NCBI GenBank assembly: GCA_030264375.1
Contig: JASCQW010000177.1
Location: 15,347,243 to 15,411,242 of the forward strand
Direction: 5' to 3'
Length of the DNA stretch: 64,000 bases
DNA from: Carcharhinus longimanus
Taxonomy: Eukaryota
The first letter of the stretch is position 1. Each line of letters opens with the position of its first letter. A program made the position numbers and the translations under genes. The notes under the pieces were generated by a model. It made no database searches and was not told where the DNA came from. It worked only from the letters and a program-made list of their open reading frames with translations. This document shows, piece by piece, positions 37,651 through 51,000 of the stretch.

Positions 37651-39354
37651 ATTTTGCATTCCTCCAGACTGAACATACTGTGCTCATTTATTTATTCCCC
37701 CATTCCTATTGCATTCTTAACTGGGAGAAGACAGAACTTGACAGGACAAATTATTTTCGTACTGAAAACAAAGATTCTTAGAACGTGGCATGAAGGTTGT
37801 CTCATAGCAAGAGCAATGTAACATGATAATGCTTACAGGGAATGCAGAGGAATAAGAAACAGCAGAAACACAGTCACAACAATTAAACAGATTAGAATTG
37901 CTGGAGGAATTACTTTGTTTCAGAAGCGCAACTAAACTTGATTTAATCTGCCATTAAATTATATATTTTTTAAGTTAACCCCCAAACTATGCCCTCCTCC
38001 CCACAATACAAGGAAAACGGACCACGTCTGTTCGTATCTTATCCACAGATCAGCCAGTAAGAGGAACCTCTCATACTAATCGAACATCACATCCACAGGT
38101 GGGAAGGACTGAAGAGAATGCCACACTTATTGGTTATTGGGTTATAATATATACTGTGTATGGAATGATTTCAATATTTTGCAAGAATTTTAATAAACTC
38201 ACAGAAATGATGCAAAATAATATCTTGTTTCCCCAACGTGAAACATCAAAATTACATCATGCTACTTCAAACATTTTACAATAAAAAATTATGTTTTGAG
38301 AATAATTTTCTGCTTCCCTCTCTGAACATCCTGTATTGGGGTAAAAGTTCAGAACCACTGATGGTTCTCTGATACTGCATCCAAATGGTCATTCTACAGG
38401 TGGGATGGTCAGTGTTGACTGCGAAAGGAAATCACCACTGATTTTGACCCCCATTTACATCCAATGCATACGATTGCAGTGGAAGTTAGTGGACTGAGTA
38501 GTAGTTATTTTTGGTTTAAGAGTACATAGTCTAATTGTCATTGCCTTACTACCACCCAATTGAGCACGCCAGAATCAAGTCTCAGAACTTCCTGATCCGC
38601 ACAACTTAGTACAACACTGAGAATTAGGCGTTATCAATGGGGTGCCAAAGACAGTATATGTTACAAAAAATGTAACCAGGCAGTGTGACTGTGACTTAGT
38701 CTCAGGAATAATATTACATTCATTCGGGTCCAATGACAGCAGGTCTGAGATTAAGTTACAGATTGCTGCCACATGCCTTTTTACTCTTTCATCTGTCAGA
38801 TCCCATAACCAGAGAAGGCAAAAATCAGTACCTTACCCACTGCACCACCACAGAACTACTTAAAAAATCATTCAGTTATATGATGGGTGATTGTTTGGTT
38901 CATTAAATTCTCTAATCTCAGACATGAGAGACTAAAGAAAAGCAGTCAACATGCTGAACTGCCGTTTATGCTACTGTTCCATGTCTGATCACTTCATTAG
39001 AACAAATAACTGCTGCATTCTGACACGAACGAACTTAAACTATTAATTGCTGGTGTATATATCATGGTTATCATATAAACCAGGAAATAGCAATCATAGT
39101 TCACAGTGATGACCTTCACTTATCCCATCTCAATTTCTCTCTTCTCATGAGAGCACTGACTGATTGCTGAAGTGTAGTTCCACAGTTGGCCTTTGATGCC
39201 TTGCCCAGTGACTATTCTTCGTAAAGCCGTGATAAGTGATGGCTGGATAGTTAAACAGAGAGCAAGGGATTCACATCACAGTTGAGTCCGATTCTGTCCT
39301 TCCTCAATGCCCCACATAAAATTTCTATTTGGAGTCATTAGGTTTAATGATAAA

Positions 39355-42300
39355 GGGCAAGATTTTCTCAGAAAATTGCAAAGGCTGATGGACACGAACA
39401 GCAGCATTCGGCCTGCTGACCTAATGGTAACTTTTCCCACCATATAGTGCGGCACTTAGCGCTAAAAAATGTTTATCTGCGGTTTCCACACTGTAATGCT
39501 GATTTCCCCGCCCCAACATCAACCTCAGTGCTGTAATCATTAGGGCGCCACATTTAAAGGCTGCCCAGTAAAAAGCAGCCATGCTTTGCAGGTCACCTGG
39601 AAGTGATGGCAATGAATAAATCTACCCCCAGTTATCTGGACACCTCCCTGGAGAAACTACTCAATGCTGCAGAGGTCCAAAGTGATATCCTCTACCCATT
39701 CACAGGAAGAAAACTGATAAACACAGCATGGGAAGCAGTGACCAGTGCTAATGCCTTGCAGAAGAGGACAGCTATCCAGTTCAGGAAGAAGATGAATGAT
39801 CTCCTCTGTTCTGCCAAGGTAAGTCACTTTTCTCATCACTCTCAACTCACGCACTCACACACCCATCACAAGCATCTTCATCTTCCTTATGGGCCATGTT
39901 CTCATCAACTCACTGGTTCCACTCACCATTCACACATGCCAGACATCTTTATCATCTGCCCTGGCATGTGTCCTGCTCACAGTCTCTATCTGTCTTCATG
40001 CAGGGCAAGCTGGCACACAACAGGGAGAGATCCCAGCTGGGCAAATGGGTGCCAGAACTCAAAATATGCATGGAATTTGAGGACAGAGCCATCCAGCTGG
40101 CTGGGGAGAACACTGACTACTCCTGCGCTGATGGTGCGGTTGGAGGCAATAAACAAAGTGAGCACTCTTGCTTTCACGCATTGCAACATCCATCAGACAA
40201 CAATGCTGTGAGTCATGACTCCTGTTTATCAGGCCCGTGCATGCACTAATAAACTCTCCTTTCTTTCACAATCACATCTGGGAAGCAGCCTAGGGTGTCT
40301 ACCAGCCAGGTCCTTGACTCTAGCCCTGACACCAGCACAGAAAAGTGACTGCAGACTTAGAAAAAGAACAATCATAGCACTCCCTCATGCCCTCCATGAG
40401 CACAGGCATATATACTTCAGTGGGATCTAATTCCAGATTAGCCTCAGGGTCAGTCTCTTGAGATTTCCGACCCACAGCAGGAGGAGGCAGGAACATCCCA
40501 GGGGGCTGATACTCGGAGGGTTGCTGGAGGCCAGGAATCTGCTGATCCCATTCAGATAACCAGCCTCTGGATTCGCTCATGTCTCAGTTGCTGGAGCTCC
40601 AAAGGCAAATTTAGGGAAATCTGGAAGACATCTCTGGTACACTCCCCAGATTGAAAGACTCCATGGAGGAGTCTGTCCACCTTATGTCTGAGGCGATAGT
40701 GTTAATACCAGAATAAAATGAAGTTAACACAGCAAGGGTGGCAACCACAGTGGAGATCTTGGTGCAAGACATTGGTCCTGCACTGCATGCACTCCATGGT
40801 GCATGCACTTGGTGATATCCATCAGTGCCAGCGGCAGAGAATGGCGGGGTTTCTTGAGTTTATTCCATCTGATCGTCTATCCTAAGGAGGAAGTAGGTGC
40901 CCTCGGATACCTGTAGGGAGGAGGATCAGCTGGTGCATACCCTAGGGTCACCCACCCAGGTGACTCTGGGATTATCTTGCTCATCCAGCTCCCCTCTTCC
41001 TGTGACCACTTCAGCTCTAGCTCCACAAGCTGAGAAGGACCACAAATGCAGGTTGGAGCACCCATCTTGGCCCTCCAAAGGACGTCAGCCAAGATCATCA
41101 CAGCAGGCTGCCTCCACCTCTGCTGTTATAGATGTTGAGGATGCACAAGGACATAGTGGCAGGGTTAGAAAGGTTAAGAAGCNNNNNNNNNNNNNNNNNN
41201 NNNNNNNNNNNNNNNNNNNNNNNNNNNNNNNNNNNNNNNNNNNNNNNNNNNNNNNNNNNNNNNNNNNNNNNNNNNNNNNNNNGAAGCTGCAGTTGCACTG
41301 CTTGGGCACGGCTGTTAAGCACTTGTATATAATGTTCACCTCTGTAAACTTCCAATCATTGCTCTCTTTCTATAGTTTCTTACTCTGATGAGCTAAGTTC
41401 CAGTATTCCTGACCTGAAAACCTGGGCCCATCACTCTTCTATCCTTGCTTGCCTGATCTCAATTGTAATGGTCGAAGTTGTGTGCCTTCATGAAAATTGC
41501 ATTTGTCATTACCTGAATGGACTTGCGTGCAGAGACTTGCAAGATCTCACAGAGATCACCACAGGAGCCCTGGAAGGAGTCACTTACATAAATTGAGTGC
41601 TGCTGGAACTATCAGTGACACTGGCAGTGAATATCCTTCAAAACCGCATAGTGCTGAATCCTACAGAAAGTGGCAGATGTGACCAACTAGCTCCCTGGAC
41701 ATGCCAAGTCTTCAGTGACACCTATACATTTGTTAGGCGCCATCTGTAGACTCTGGTTTAATGAGGCGCCTCTGAGAACTGGTTCTCTAAGGTTCATCCT
41801 CTTCGTGCAGAGCATGCCCTGCCACCCCTTCCTCTCCATTGTTCAGGTGGCTCCAATGACATCTTCTTCTTCTTTGCTCTTGCCTAAAAGCGAGAAGAAT
41901 GGCAGCAATATCATTGGGCTCTATGTTCTATCTATTCGTTCTCTTCACGGCAGTACCAAATAAAGAGAGACACTTGACAGTTAGCATTTGTCTCCTAAGG
42001 ATTACTCTTTGCCCATTTATTGTCTGAAGCTGCCTCTCAAAGTGCACTGACTCATGTCCTGGTCACCACACTGACGCTCAATCCTTCGCATTCTGCTTTG
42101 GCAACATCCTATACCACATGACGAATGGCCACTACTGAATCCTGAGCTCTCATCTCAGACACGGGCATTGTCCAAAACCTCACTCCAAGGCCTTACATTC
42201 AACCTGGTCGATGGGTGGAGGGCACCTGTCAATATGCACATCAGCGCACAGCCAAGGATTATCAGCATTCTCCTTGGGCAGTGTGCCATTGCCAACTTTC

Positions 42301-43574
42301 GAAGGAGATATAATTACTTACCCAGTCAGCTAATGGTACAGGCACGCCATGACAGTCAACAATTTTGGAAGTGCTCCAAAGGGTTAAGTCTGAGCAGCAA
42401 TCAGTAGCACTCACACACAAATAGTGCTTGAACTGGCATAATTACATGACTAATTTGACTCCAGACATGTCAATTGAGTTATAGCTCAATGGTTTCAGCT
42501 GAAACCATTCAGCTGAGGGCTGTCATATCTTCCGCTTATCCATGCTGTCATCAACATCTTGCCTTCAGAAGCCCCCGACCCCTCAGACTGAGTCAAGCCA
42601 TTGGTCCATGATGGCTCCTCCCCTCTTCAAACTGCCCCAGGCTACCTTTCCCATAAGAGGCCCTTTCAAGAAGTCTGTGCCTAGGCTTCCCTTCCCTCTG
42701 TAAGATCCTTCCTAAAGGCCCATGCCCCAGGCTTCCCTTCCCTCTGTGTGGCCCTTCTAAGATATCTGTGGCCCAGCAGCAGAAGGCATTCTCAAGAATG
42801 GAATTTTAACACTTGATAGTCAACCCAGAATCAATACCTGGAATGCCCTTACCCCTCCATCCAAAAGTTAAAGCCCAGGTCTTCACCGACTGGGTCTCCG
42901 GTATGCTGGAGTCAACTCCCCGGTACCCTCTGAATCAACCCTGGCACACTGAAGTCAAACTCTCAATTCCATGGACCAAACCCCAGTCTCCCCCAATAAG
43001 GCACACAATATCCTGGAGTCAACCCCTTGATACCTTAGAGTCAACCCCAGGTACCGTGGAATCAAAATCCCGGTGTCCCCCAACTAGGTCCCGGTACCCT
43101 GCAATCAACCCGCTGTTACCCTTCGCATGTTACGCCAGTCTTCCTCAAGTGTAACCTCAACACCTTCGAGAGTCACCCTGGTCTTCCTTGAGAGTAACAC
43201 CAGTTTCTGTTGGAGTGTTAACCCAATTATTACACCCCACCCACCCCCCGCCCTCACACAACAGAGGTGTGCTTACTGGATGCCCTTTTGGAACCATTTG
43301 TGATTGGAGCCATTTTGACATCACATTGCTGTAAATGGATTTTATTGAGGTGGGGTGGGTTGATTATGGTTTATGGACCCAGTAATAAGATACAAGTGTA
43401 TTATAATGATGTTCCAGACATTGAATGGCGGGAAAAGTGTCCCACCTCTCACCGGTGTAGGGGCAAATAACCATGGCAAGCTTTCACGCCAATGTAAAAC
43501 ATGACTTTGGACTTCTGGTGATTTTTTTTCTGCTCCTGTCACCAAACATAAACGGGAACAGAAAATCCCAGCCC
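39355..43574. mobile_element. Decayed autonomous-type PIF/Harbinger transposon: Myb/SANT-like gene (+) and transposase remnant (-), convergent
   Basis: Termini gggcaagattttc / gaaaatcccagccc. Plus-strand exons 39603-39818 (AWEAVTSANALQKRTAIQFRKKMNDLL) and 40004-40157 have GT-AG ends. Minus strand ~41510-41720 reads RLGMSRELVGHIC...LPVSLIVPAALN / SFQGSCGDLCEI, like the HARBI1-type transposase N-terminus, with stops. Confidence 0.75.
42813..43200. repeat. Degenerate ~21-bp subterminal tandem repeat (gagtcaacccc..ggtacc) inside the Harbinger element
   Basis: Repeated gagtcaac/gaatcaac units followed by ggtacc/gatacc. Confidence 0.6.
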
Positions 43575-45943
43575 AATAGTGGGAGCCCTGATTGATTCTC
43601 ACCTTTTTTACAATGCCACCTTATTCTTATTTTGGTCTCAAATACATCCCCAATGCTCCATGGGATAAATAAATTCCCAGTTGAGCAATGAAGCACACAA
43701 AACAAGGAGGCTCACTGTTCGATCTGCATCGTTAGCCCATTTAAATAAGAACACAATAGGGCACTAAGTTGGCTCCAATGTTCTTTGGCTAGTAGGAAGG
43801 TGTTGAGAAATCAGAAGGTTACTAAATTCCAACTGCTATCCTTCTGTTGCAAATTGTGCCATCAGGTGTGAACATCAGATTAAAAGAGAATCAGGATCAT
43901 CTGTGATGCACCTACAATTAACACCCATTGTCTGTTCCCACATGGATGGCCACTTAACCTCAATGTTAACAGATGGTTAGTGCCTGAGGAGCCATGTGCC
44001 AGCACAAGTCAGTGCCTTCAGGAAAAAGGAGAAAATTAGTAAGTATAAAATAGATTTTTAAAAAGGAAAATGTGCTTTTCAGAATCCTGTACATGAGAAC
44101 ACATTGTATAAGATAGGCACATGATGGGGAGTGATAGGTATACACTGAAAAGAAAGGGAGGGAAAAATCACTACATACAGGAAGTGAATTCTACTTAGCA
44201 ATTTGAACTTTGTATTAAAACATGCTCTGGAAAGCACTGAGTGTGTTTCTCAAGAGAAACAATCCACAGATATTGTGAGAATATGGATTGAAAAGGTTGT
44301 ACTGAGGTCGGATAGGAGGAAGGGTTGTCTTGAAGGTTGGGCTGGTGGTTGCAATATATCAAAACATCCTTAAGCAAATGAACCAAATGTGACATCAGAA
44401 ACCACGATTGTAACAAAGACTCTCTGATGTCACTTGACAATCTTTTAAGCAATTACTCCACATTGTGCATCCTTCATACAACGCTACACAACAATACAGT
44501 ATATATAGAACTAAATTTAAAACCATGAAATAATCACCCCTGCATAAACAGTACAAAAGTCATGTTTAAATCTCTTAGGAAAAAGAGAGGAGGGTTAGCA
44601 TATCAATTATATTCAACTATTATTAGAATATACTGTTCCAGGAACGAAGAAAATAGTACATTAAAGATAATTGTTTCCACTGTGGTGAACATTACTCCAG
44701 TTTCTTTATCTCTAGATCACGTGAATGACCTTTATATTGACTGCCACTGCTATATTCTGCAGTCAAACACTATTGATATCAGGCCAAATCTTATTTGGCA
44801 CCATACTATTTATATCTCTCAAGCCTCAGTTCTATGCAATCTGGGAAGGGAGTAAAAATGTCATTAGGCAATTCAGTATGTGGATAGCTGAGACCAGGGA
44901 TAAGAGTCAGTCAATAATAGCAAGGAGGAGGATTATGGAGTGTACACATCTGCAACATCCACATTTATATTCATAGATTAACCATGAATAAAGGTAGAAA
45001 AATTAGTTTGATGATGCTTTGTGGACAGAATCTTACTATGTACAGTGCCAGTATTATACAGTGACTGGACAGAGAAGGTTTGGTCTGGTGCTATTTATAT
45101 TCTTGTGCCTCAATTTTCTTTACAACCATCTCTGATGAGATGGTTGTCTCTCTCTAATGAGATGGTTGTCGAGAGAATTGCTGTTTTGGCAGGTTGACAT
45201 TCTGAAGATGCCGGTGACTCTCTGGTACCTCCAAAAAGTGGTCAAGGAATAGCTTTACAGCTGAATCATGTCAATAATAGCAACAAGGAGGATTATGGAG
45301 TGTTGACTTGTGCCATGTCCTCACCCATGGAGTGTCCCTCAGGGGCCATGAGATAGTGAGCAGGACTGGGAGCCTAATCTGACTTTACACTTAGTGAATA
45401 TTAACTCAAAAAACAACCATCATGTACACCTGGGACTTCCTTGATTTGTCTGGTATAGAACCCTACCAATAGGTCAGCATTTATTAATAAACCTGAGAAA
45501 GGCACCCACAGCACATTTGGTACTGGGCTGGAGCACTTACTATACATGGCAGATTAGGGCATAGGCTTTGCAATTTTCTGCTGAGTTCCTGCATTTAGTT
45601 GGGATAACTGGGTGCAGGCACTGGGCAGAAAAAGAAGTTCTTCCACAGGGGGAACAGCACCCTACCATGTTGTCCAAAAGCTCCAGCACTTGCATTATGA
45701 AGTCTGGGGATTGGAGTCAAGGCCTCAATCCACCTCAGTTACGAGGGAATAGGAATAACTGTGCATGAAAACACAAAGAATAGGAGTAAATGAAAAATAT
45801 AAATGTGTGGCGGGGGGGGTGCAATTGTAAAGTTAAAAGACATAAATAAGGTCCTCTGAATATCAGTTAAATACTAATGAACAATCCGGCTCACAATAAA
45901 TGTCTTTAATAAATCCCAGCGCCAGCTGCGTTGGGTGATTTAC

Positions 45944-45991
45944 ATTTCAGAGGACTCCTGATCTGACCCCAACTCCGGCGACGGCGGCTTC
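45944..45991 (-). CDS. CACNA1A: Candidate 48-nt cassette exon in the domain III S3-S4 loop: (T)KPPSPELGSDQESSE(I/M)
   Basis: Minus strand cttttacctttctcaacag|GAAGCCGCCGTCGCCGGAGTTGGGGTCAGATCAGGAGTCCTCTGAAAT|gtaaat: strong acceptor, phase 2-2, no stop, CpG-rich codons in non-repetitive AT-rich intron. Confidence 0.65.
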
Positions 45992-47729
45992 CTGTTGAGA
46001 AAGGTAAAAGCGATTTAAAGAAAAAAAAACATGAGCTATATAACGTCAGCGCCATGCTCACAAATGCAAAGTTGCCACGCTCCGTGCTCTGACCTGGCTG
46101 ACCCCCTCAACATTCCTTCAAAAATTGCTGCACAGGAAAATTAATACTATCACTGTGGTTTGGTGAGTGGGGGTCAAAGCCAGTCACAGCTCCAAACAGA
46201 GACAGAGCTCCTCTGGGAACATCTATACCAAAGGGTCCATACTATGCATACTTCAAATAAATCACTATGAAAACACAAGGCATACTAATACTACTGAACC
46301 CAATCGATAGCCAAAAATTAAGAAACTTCATTGAGCCATCAATGGCACCCAGGTTCAATTCACAATAGTAACCAGGTGTCAGTGATGTATGTCTTCAGCT
46401 TGTAACATGCAGTGCCTACTGGTGCCAGGCAACAAGCTGGTGAGAGCTGGCATGAGCTGCAGATGGACAACATTGGCTATTTCTATATCAGCGTTCACTT
46501 ATTTAGATTTGTCATTTGTCCTTATAATTTTCTGCATTTTTCCTGATGATGTTGACTCATGCTTGGGTACGATTTTATGAATGGTTCTAATTCACCAATA
46601 CTCTGCTCACATGATTATGTGTGGAATTAGACAGTTCACAGGAAGAGTGGGCAGCAGCATGCCTAAACTCAATTCTGTCTGTTCTAGAGCAACTTTAGAA
46701 TGTTCCCTCTCACTAATCCTCCATTAATTTCTATGCAAGTATCATATGGTAATAATACATGGTGGTAATACAATGATGGCATATTGTGTGAAAATAGCAG
46801 AAGCAAGATTTCTTATCATAAGTAACCGTTGGTGAATATGGGTAATTCCTGGTGACTCACAGGTGAAAATTGTAAATCTTGGGGATGACACGGCCACAAA
46901 TTTTAAATACTGTATTCATGGAAAGGATTTTTAAGATAGCAACAAAGGCACCTGAAGAGGCGCAACTCATATTGTACAAATCTTTTAATAACAATACTGA
47001 CGTTAATAAACTAAAATTAGTAAAGTTTGAATGATTAACAATTCATTTTTGTTTATTCTCCTCAATTTCTTCCCTCCTCTCCTACAGATACCAACACTCT
47101 TTGGGTTATGATCTCACAGGCCGCAGGTGTCTTCTACTCCTAGACCAATTTGTGTTTGAACTGAGGCAATGAATGTACCAATGTGTCCTGCTGCCTGTTG
47201 ACCTATAGCATTCAAGCAGCGCTTTTACTCACTAGGTCTCTGATCTGCGAATAGTATAATTGTAAAGAAACACACCCCATATCTATTGTTTACACACGCT
47301 TATAATGGTAAGAGCACCACCCTCTGACAACCAAAAGGTATCCCAATTTTTGCTGTTGCTACTTCACAAGGTCTTATTGCACACTTCCTACCAGCCAGGT
47401 AAATTCAGCTAGTTATATCTTATTAGAGAACAACGGAGACATTCTTCACTTCTGAAAGGATGATGAAGGTCTGATGCCCAGCTAAGTGGAAAGTTACCTA
47501 TAATTACTTGGCTTCTTTGCTGTTTGCTGCCTGCTGAAAAAAATTTGGCTGCATCAAATATTTATGCTTTACCAAGCTTCACCTTCAATAACAGCAATAG
47601 GCAGCTACTTCTGAGTGTTTTATGTGGGGTCAGGAAAGTATTGTTGGGCAGGCAATCACAGTGGTGTGCAAGTCCACATAAATAACATACTGATCAGAAC
47701 AGGCTGAACAGACTAAGACTCTTTTCATA

Positions 47730-48028
47730 GGTTTTCATAGAATCATAGTGCAGAAGGAGGCCATTTGGCCCATCGAGTCTGCACCGACAACAATCCCACC
47801 CATGCCCTATACCGTAACCTCTGCTAGTCCCCCTCACACTAAGGGGCAATTTAGCGTGGCCAATCAACCTAATCCACATGGACTGTGGGAGGAAACCGGA
47901 GAACCCGGAGGAAACTCACACAGACATGGGGAGAACATGCAAACTCCACAGAGACAGTCACCCAAGACTGGAATAGAACCCAGGTCCCTGCCATTGTGAA
48001 GCAGCTTTGCTAACCACTGTGCTACCCG
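47730..48028 (-). mobile_element. HE1-like SINE, full length
   Basis: Reverse complement matches 57768-58065 and 33993-34280. Confidence 0.85.
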
Positions 48029-51000
48029 TCTTTTGCCTACAAAAATGAAAACTTGGGGTTACTAACAGAGGTTATTAAAATTATGAAGAGGTTTGATAAG
48101 TTAATGTAGATGTCTCCACTTGTGGAGAAGATTAAAACTTGTATCCATAACTATAAGATAGTCATCAATAAATCCAATAGGGAATTTGGCAGAAACCTCT
48201 TTATCCAGAGTAGAGATGATGTTGAACATTTTGTTGAACAGGAAATAAATATGAGGTTGATCAAGGTAAAGCCTAGTAGTTTTGCCTCTATGTATTCAGT
48301 GCCAGTTTCCAGTTCGGGTTTAGGAAGAATCCTCGTAATCATTTCATCCCAACATTGCTTTTAGGCTGTTGTAATGTAGAGTTTTCAAACTTTTCAGAAG
48401 CTATGAGTTGACAGAAAATCCTAGCTACCTGAGGATTTGAGAACAGCATTTCAGGAGATGTATACATTAATCAGGGTCAAGTGTTTTACTTTCATTATTA
48501 CAACATGTCTAAATAAGAATAACCGCATAGTACTCAATTACAATTTAGCTGACGTTTGTAGACTCTCAACTATATTTCTCCTCTTAAGCTTGAGTACAGT
48601 GTGGAAATTCAGAACAGATGTTGTTAGATGATGTGTGGATGCACCCCACATAGATTGACATCTGAAGCTCAAGATAATCTTTGTTTAGTGGATTTTATAG
48701 TGGAAATAACCTAAATAGATTTTTATTTAGAACTGAAATTTTATAGCACATTTCAATGTCCCACTTAAACATGTGCACATTTGGCTTAGGTTGGGGATTG
48801 ATACTCATATGCTCTCATTCTTACCTGGATGTTAAGAAGCTTCACATTGTTGTTCAGATGAGAAGGTGGGAAAATCCAACTTCTTATGGATATTATTATT
48901 TCTGCTTCTCAGTTATCTACAACTGAGTGCACCTGAGTGTTAAAGGATCTCTCCTGTTTAGAAGGCTCCTTTTCCCCCCAAGTGGAAATTTGCTGGTTGG
49001 TGAAAAGGAAATTTGAATTGTTTTGGATACAATGGGTATACAAAACAGACAAAAGAAGAGAAATGCCAAAAAACAAGAGAAATCATAAAGCTTCTCCAAT
49101 GGTTCTTCCTAAATGCACCAGGTTTATGATACAGAGCCACAGAGAGCAAGAAGACATCAAATTGGAGTATTGGTCTGTATTGAGGTAGTTGACGTCAGCT
49201 AGTCCATCACTGAGTGTGCTCAGTGTCCTTAAAATAGTGAAAGCAAAAAAAAGAGCAAAAATTCTTGTTTCTGGTCAAAGTCTGTACGACATGTATGAAT
49301 GTGGATGTGGAGTGAATTCCTGAGCAAGGTCAGATCAGTAGACCGCTGACACCTGCACTCCAAGCTCACACATGAAGACCAACTATCTGGGTGAGATACC
49401 AGACAGTTTCTGGTATCCATACCCAAGCAACAGTCAGCACTTTTATGTGAAGAACAGAGTAAAAAAAGAAATATGTTTTAAAACATATATTAGTGATAAA
49501 GGCTTGAGCAGTGGATAAAAAACCATATGTTTTATTCTGTGTGCAGGTCCATTAATACATTTTTGGCCTAGCAGTGCATTGATGCGTCACCACTTTTGTA
49601 TTTCCAATTCATTATTCTAATGACCTCAAATAAACTATAGACAGGTTTTCTGATAATTTAATTCATTTTTGGATCCCTCATCATGGACATAACTTCAGAC
49701 ACAAAAATGTCACATTTTGGTGGCACTGTATTGAAATCTCACCAAGATAGGTTCAAGCAGCAAAACCCAATGTGTCGTGCACCAACATGCAACATGCATC
49801 TATATCCTTTGACAGGCAGACCCGGCTCTGTGCTATGTGTTATTTTCTTACCCATCAATGTGCACCATTTCCAAATGGGATCCATTACTCAATGAACGTG
49901 CATCATGGGATCACCTTCTTCCATAGCAACAGACAAGGAAGGTGATTCCAACCCAGCGCCTTTAGGACATGATTGGGACAAGTGATTTGGTATGTGCCAA
50001 CAAATCCCATGAAATCTACACGTACGGTGCGTAGCATCATTTGTCATCCAAGGGTTGTCATTTTGCATAAAGTGTCCCGGAAGCAGTGAAAGCAGCTATT
50101 TCCGAGTGGATCCTAGCAATAGCAAATCACTTATTCCAGTCATGAACAACACAGATGAAAAAATCCTATCATATCAGCGTGCAACAAGTCAGCTCTGGTG
50201 TAAAATAACGGGGACTTTTAAAATTCTTAACATTCAAAAATTTATGAAATCTTAATCGTCCAGGAGAGTTTGAAACATTCATATAATTTCTAGTTTAAAT
50301 TTGTATGAATAATCATCAACTTGGAATGAATCATATTTACATTTAAGCACAGCACTTTATTACTTAATACTTTTTCTCTATTTTTCATCTGATTTCTTCC
50401 ATTTTCTTCTTCTAATCTGACCACATCCTGCACTAGTCACAGACAAAGGAGTGGCTAAATAACATCTTCCCAGCTTCCTATTCTCTTTTCTAATTACGAG
50501 TGGAACTGACTTACTCTGATTTGTTCTCCCTCAATCCAAAGAAATCCATTATGATTGAGTAGCTTAATCTCCAGCCCTTCTTGATGGATCAATTGAAATC
50601 TGAAATTTATCAGAAGGATAAAGACTCTGCCCCACTCAAAACGTTTTCAAGTAATTGCCAAGAATCATAGAGCGGTCGTAGTGCTAAAGTCCTAACCTTC
50701 CTCTTAAGGTCCAAATACACTGCCACATGATCACTATGGAGAAGGTTGTTCAGAGTTAATTTTTCAGAATTCACCCATTTAGAGGGATGGTAATATTTCA
50801 AATAACCCCCATTGTCCCTTAAATTATGTATACCTTCCAAATGAACTTTTCTATCTGGCAATCAATTCTACGTGTTAATCATCCTTGTGCAAAAAAGAAT
50901 TTGCTGTGTCTATTTGTTTTACTCTGAAACTTAATTTAAAGCAATATTCCTGATTAATCTTTTCTATACAATAATAAATTATATGCTTCCATAAAACTAC

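Noticed and set aside
39603-40211. 202-aa plus-strand ORF as a host gene
   Set aside because: It reads through a transposon intron and belongs to the decayed Harbinger element.
44178-44189. 12-nt AG..GT interval (AATTCACTTCCT)
   Set aside because: No polypyrimidine tract and no similarity to known e24a peptides.
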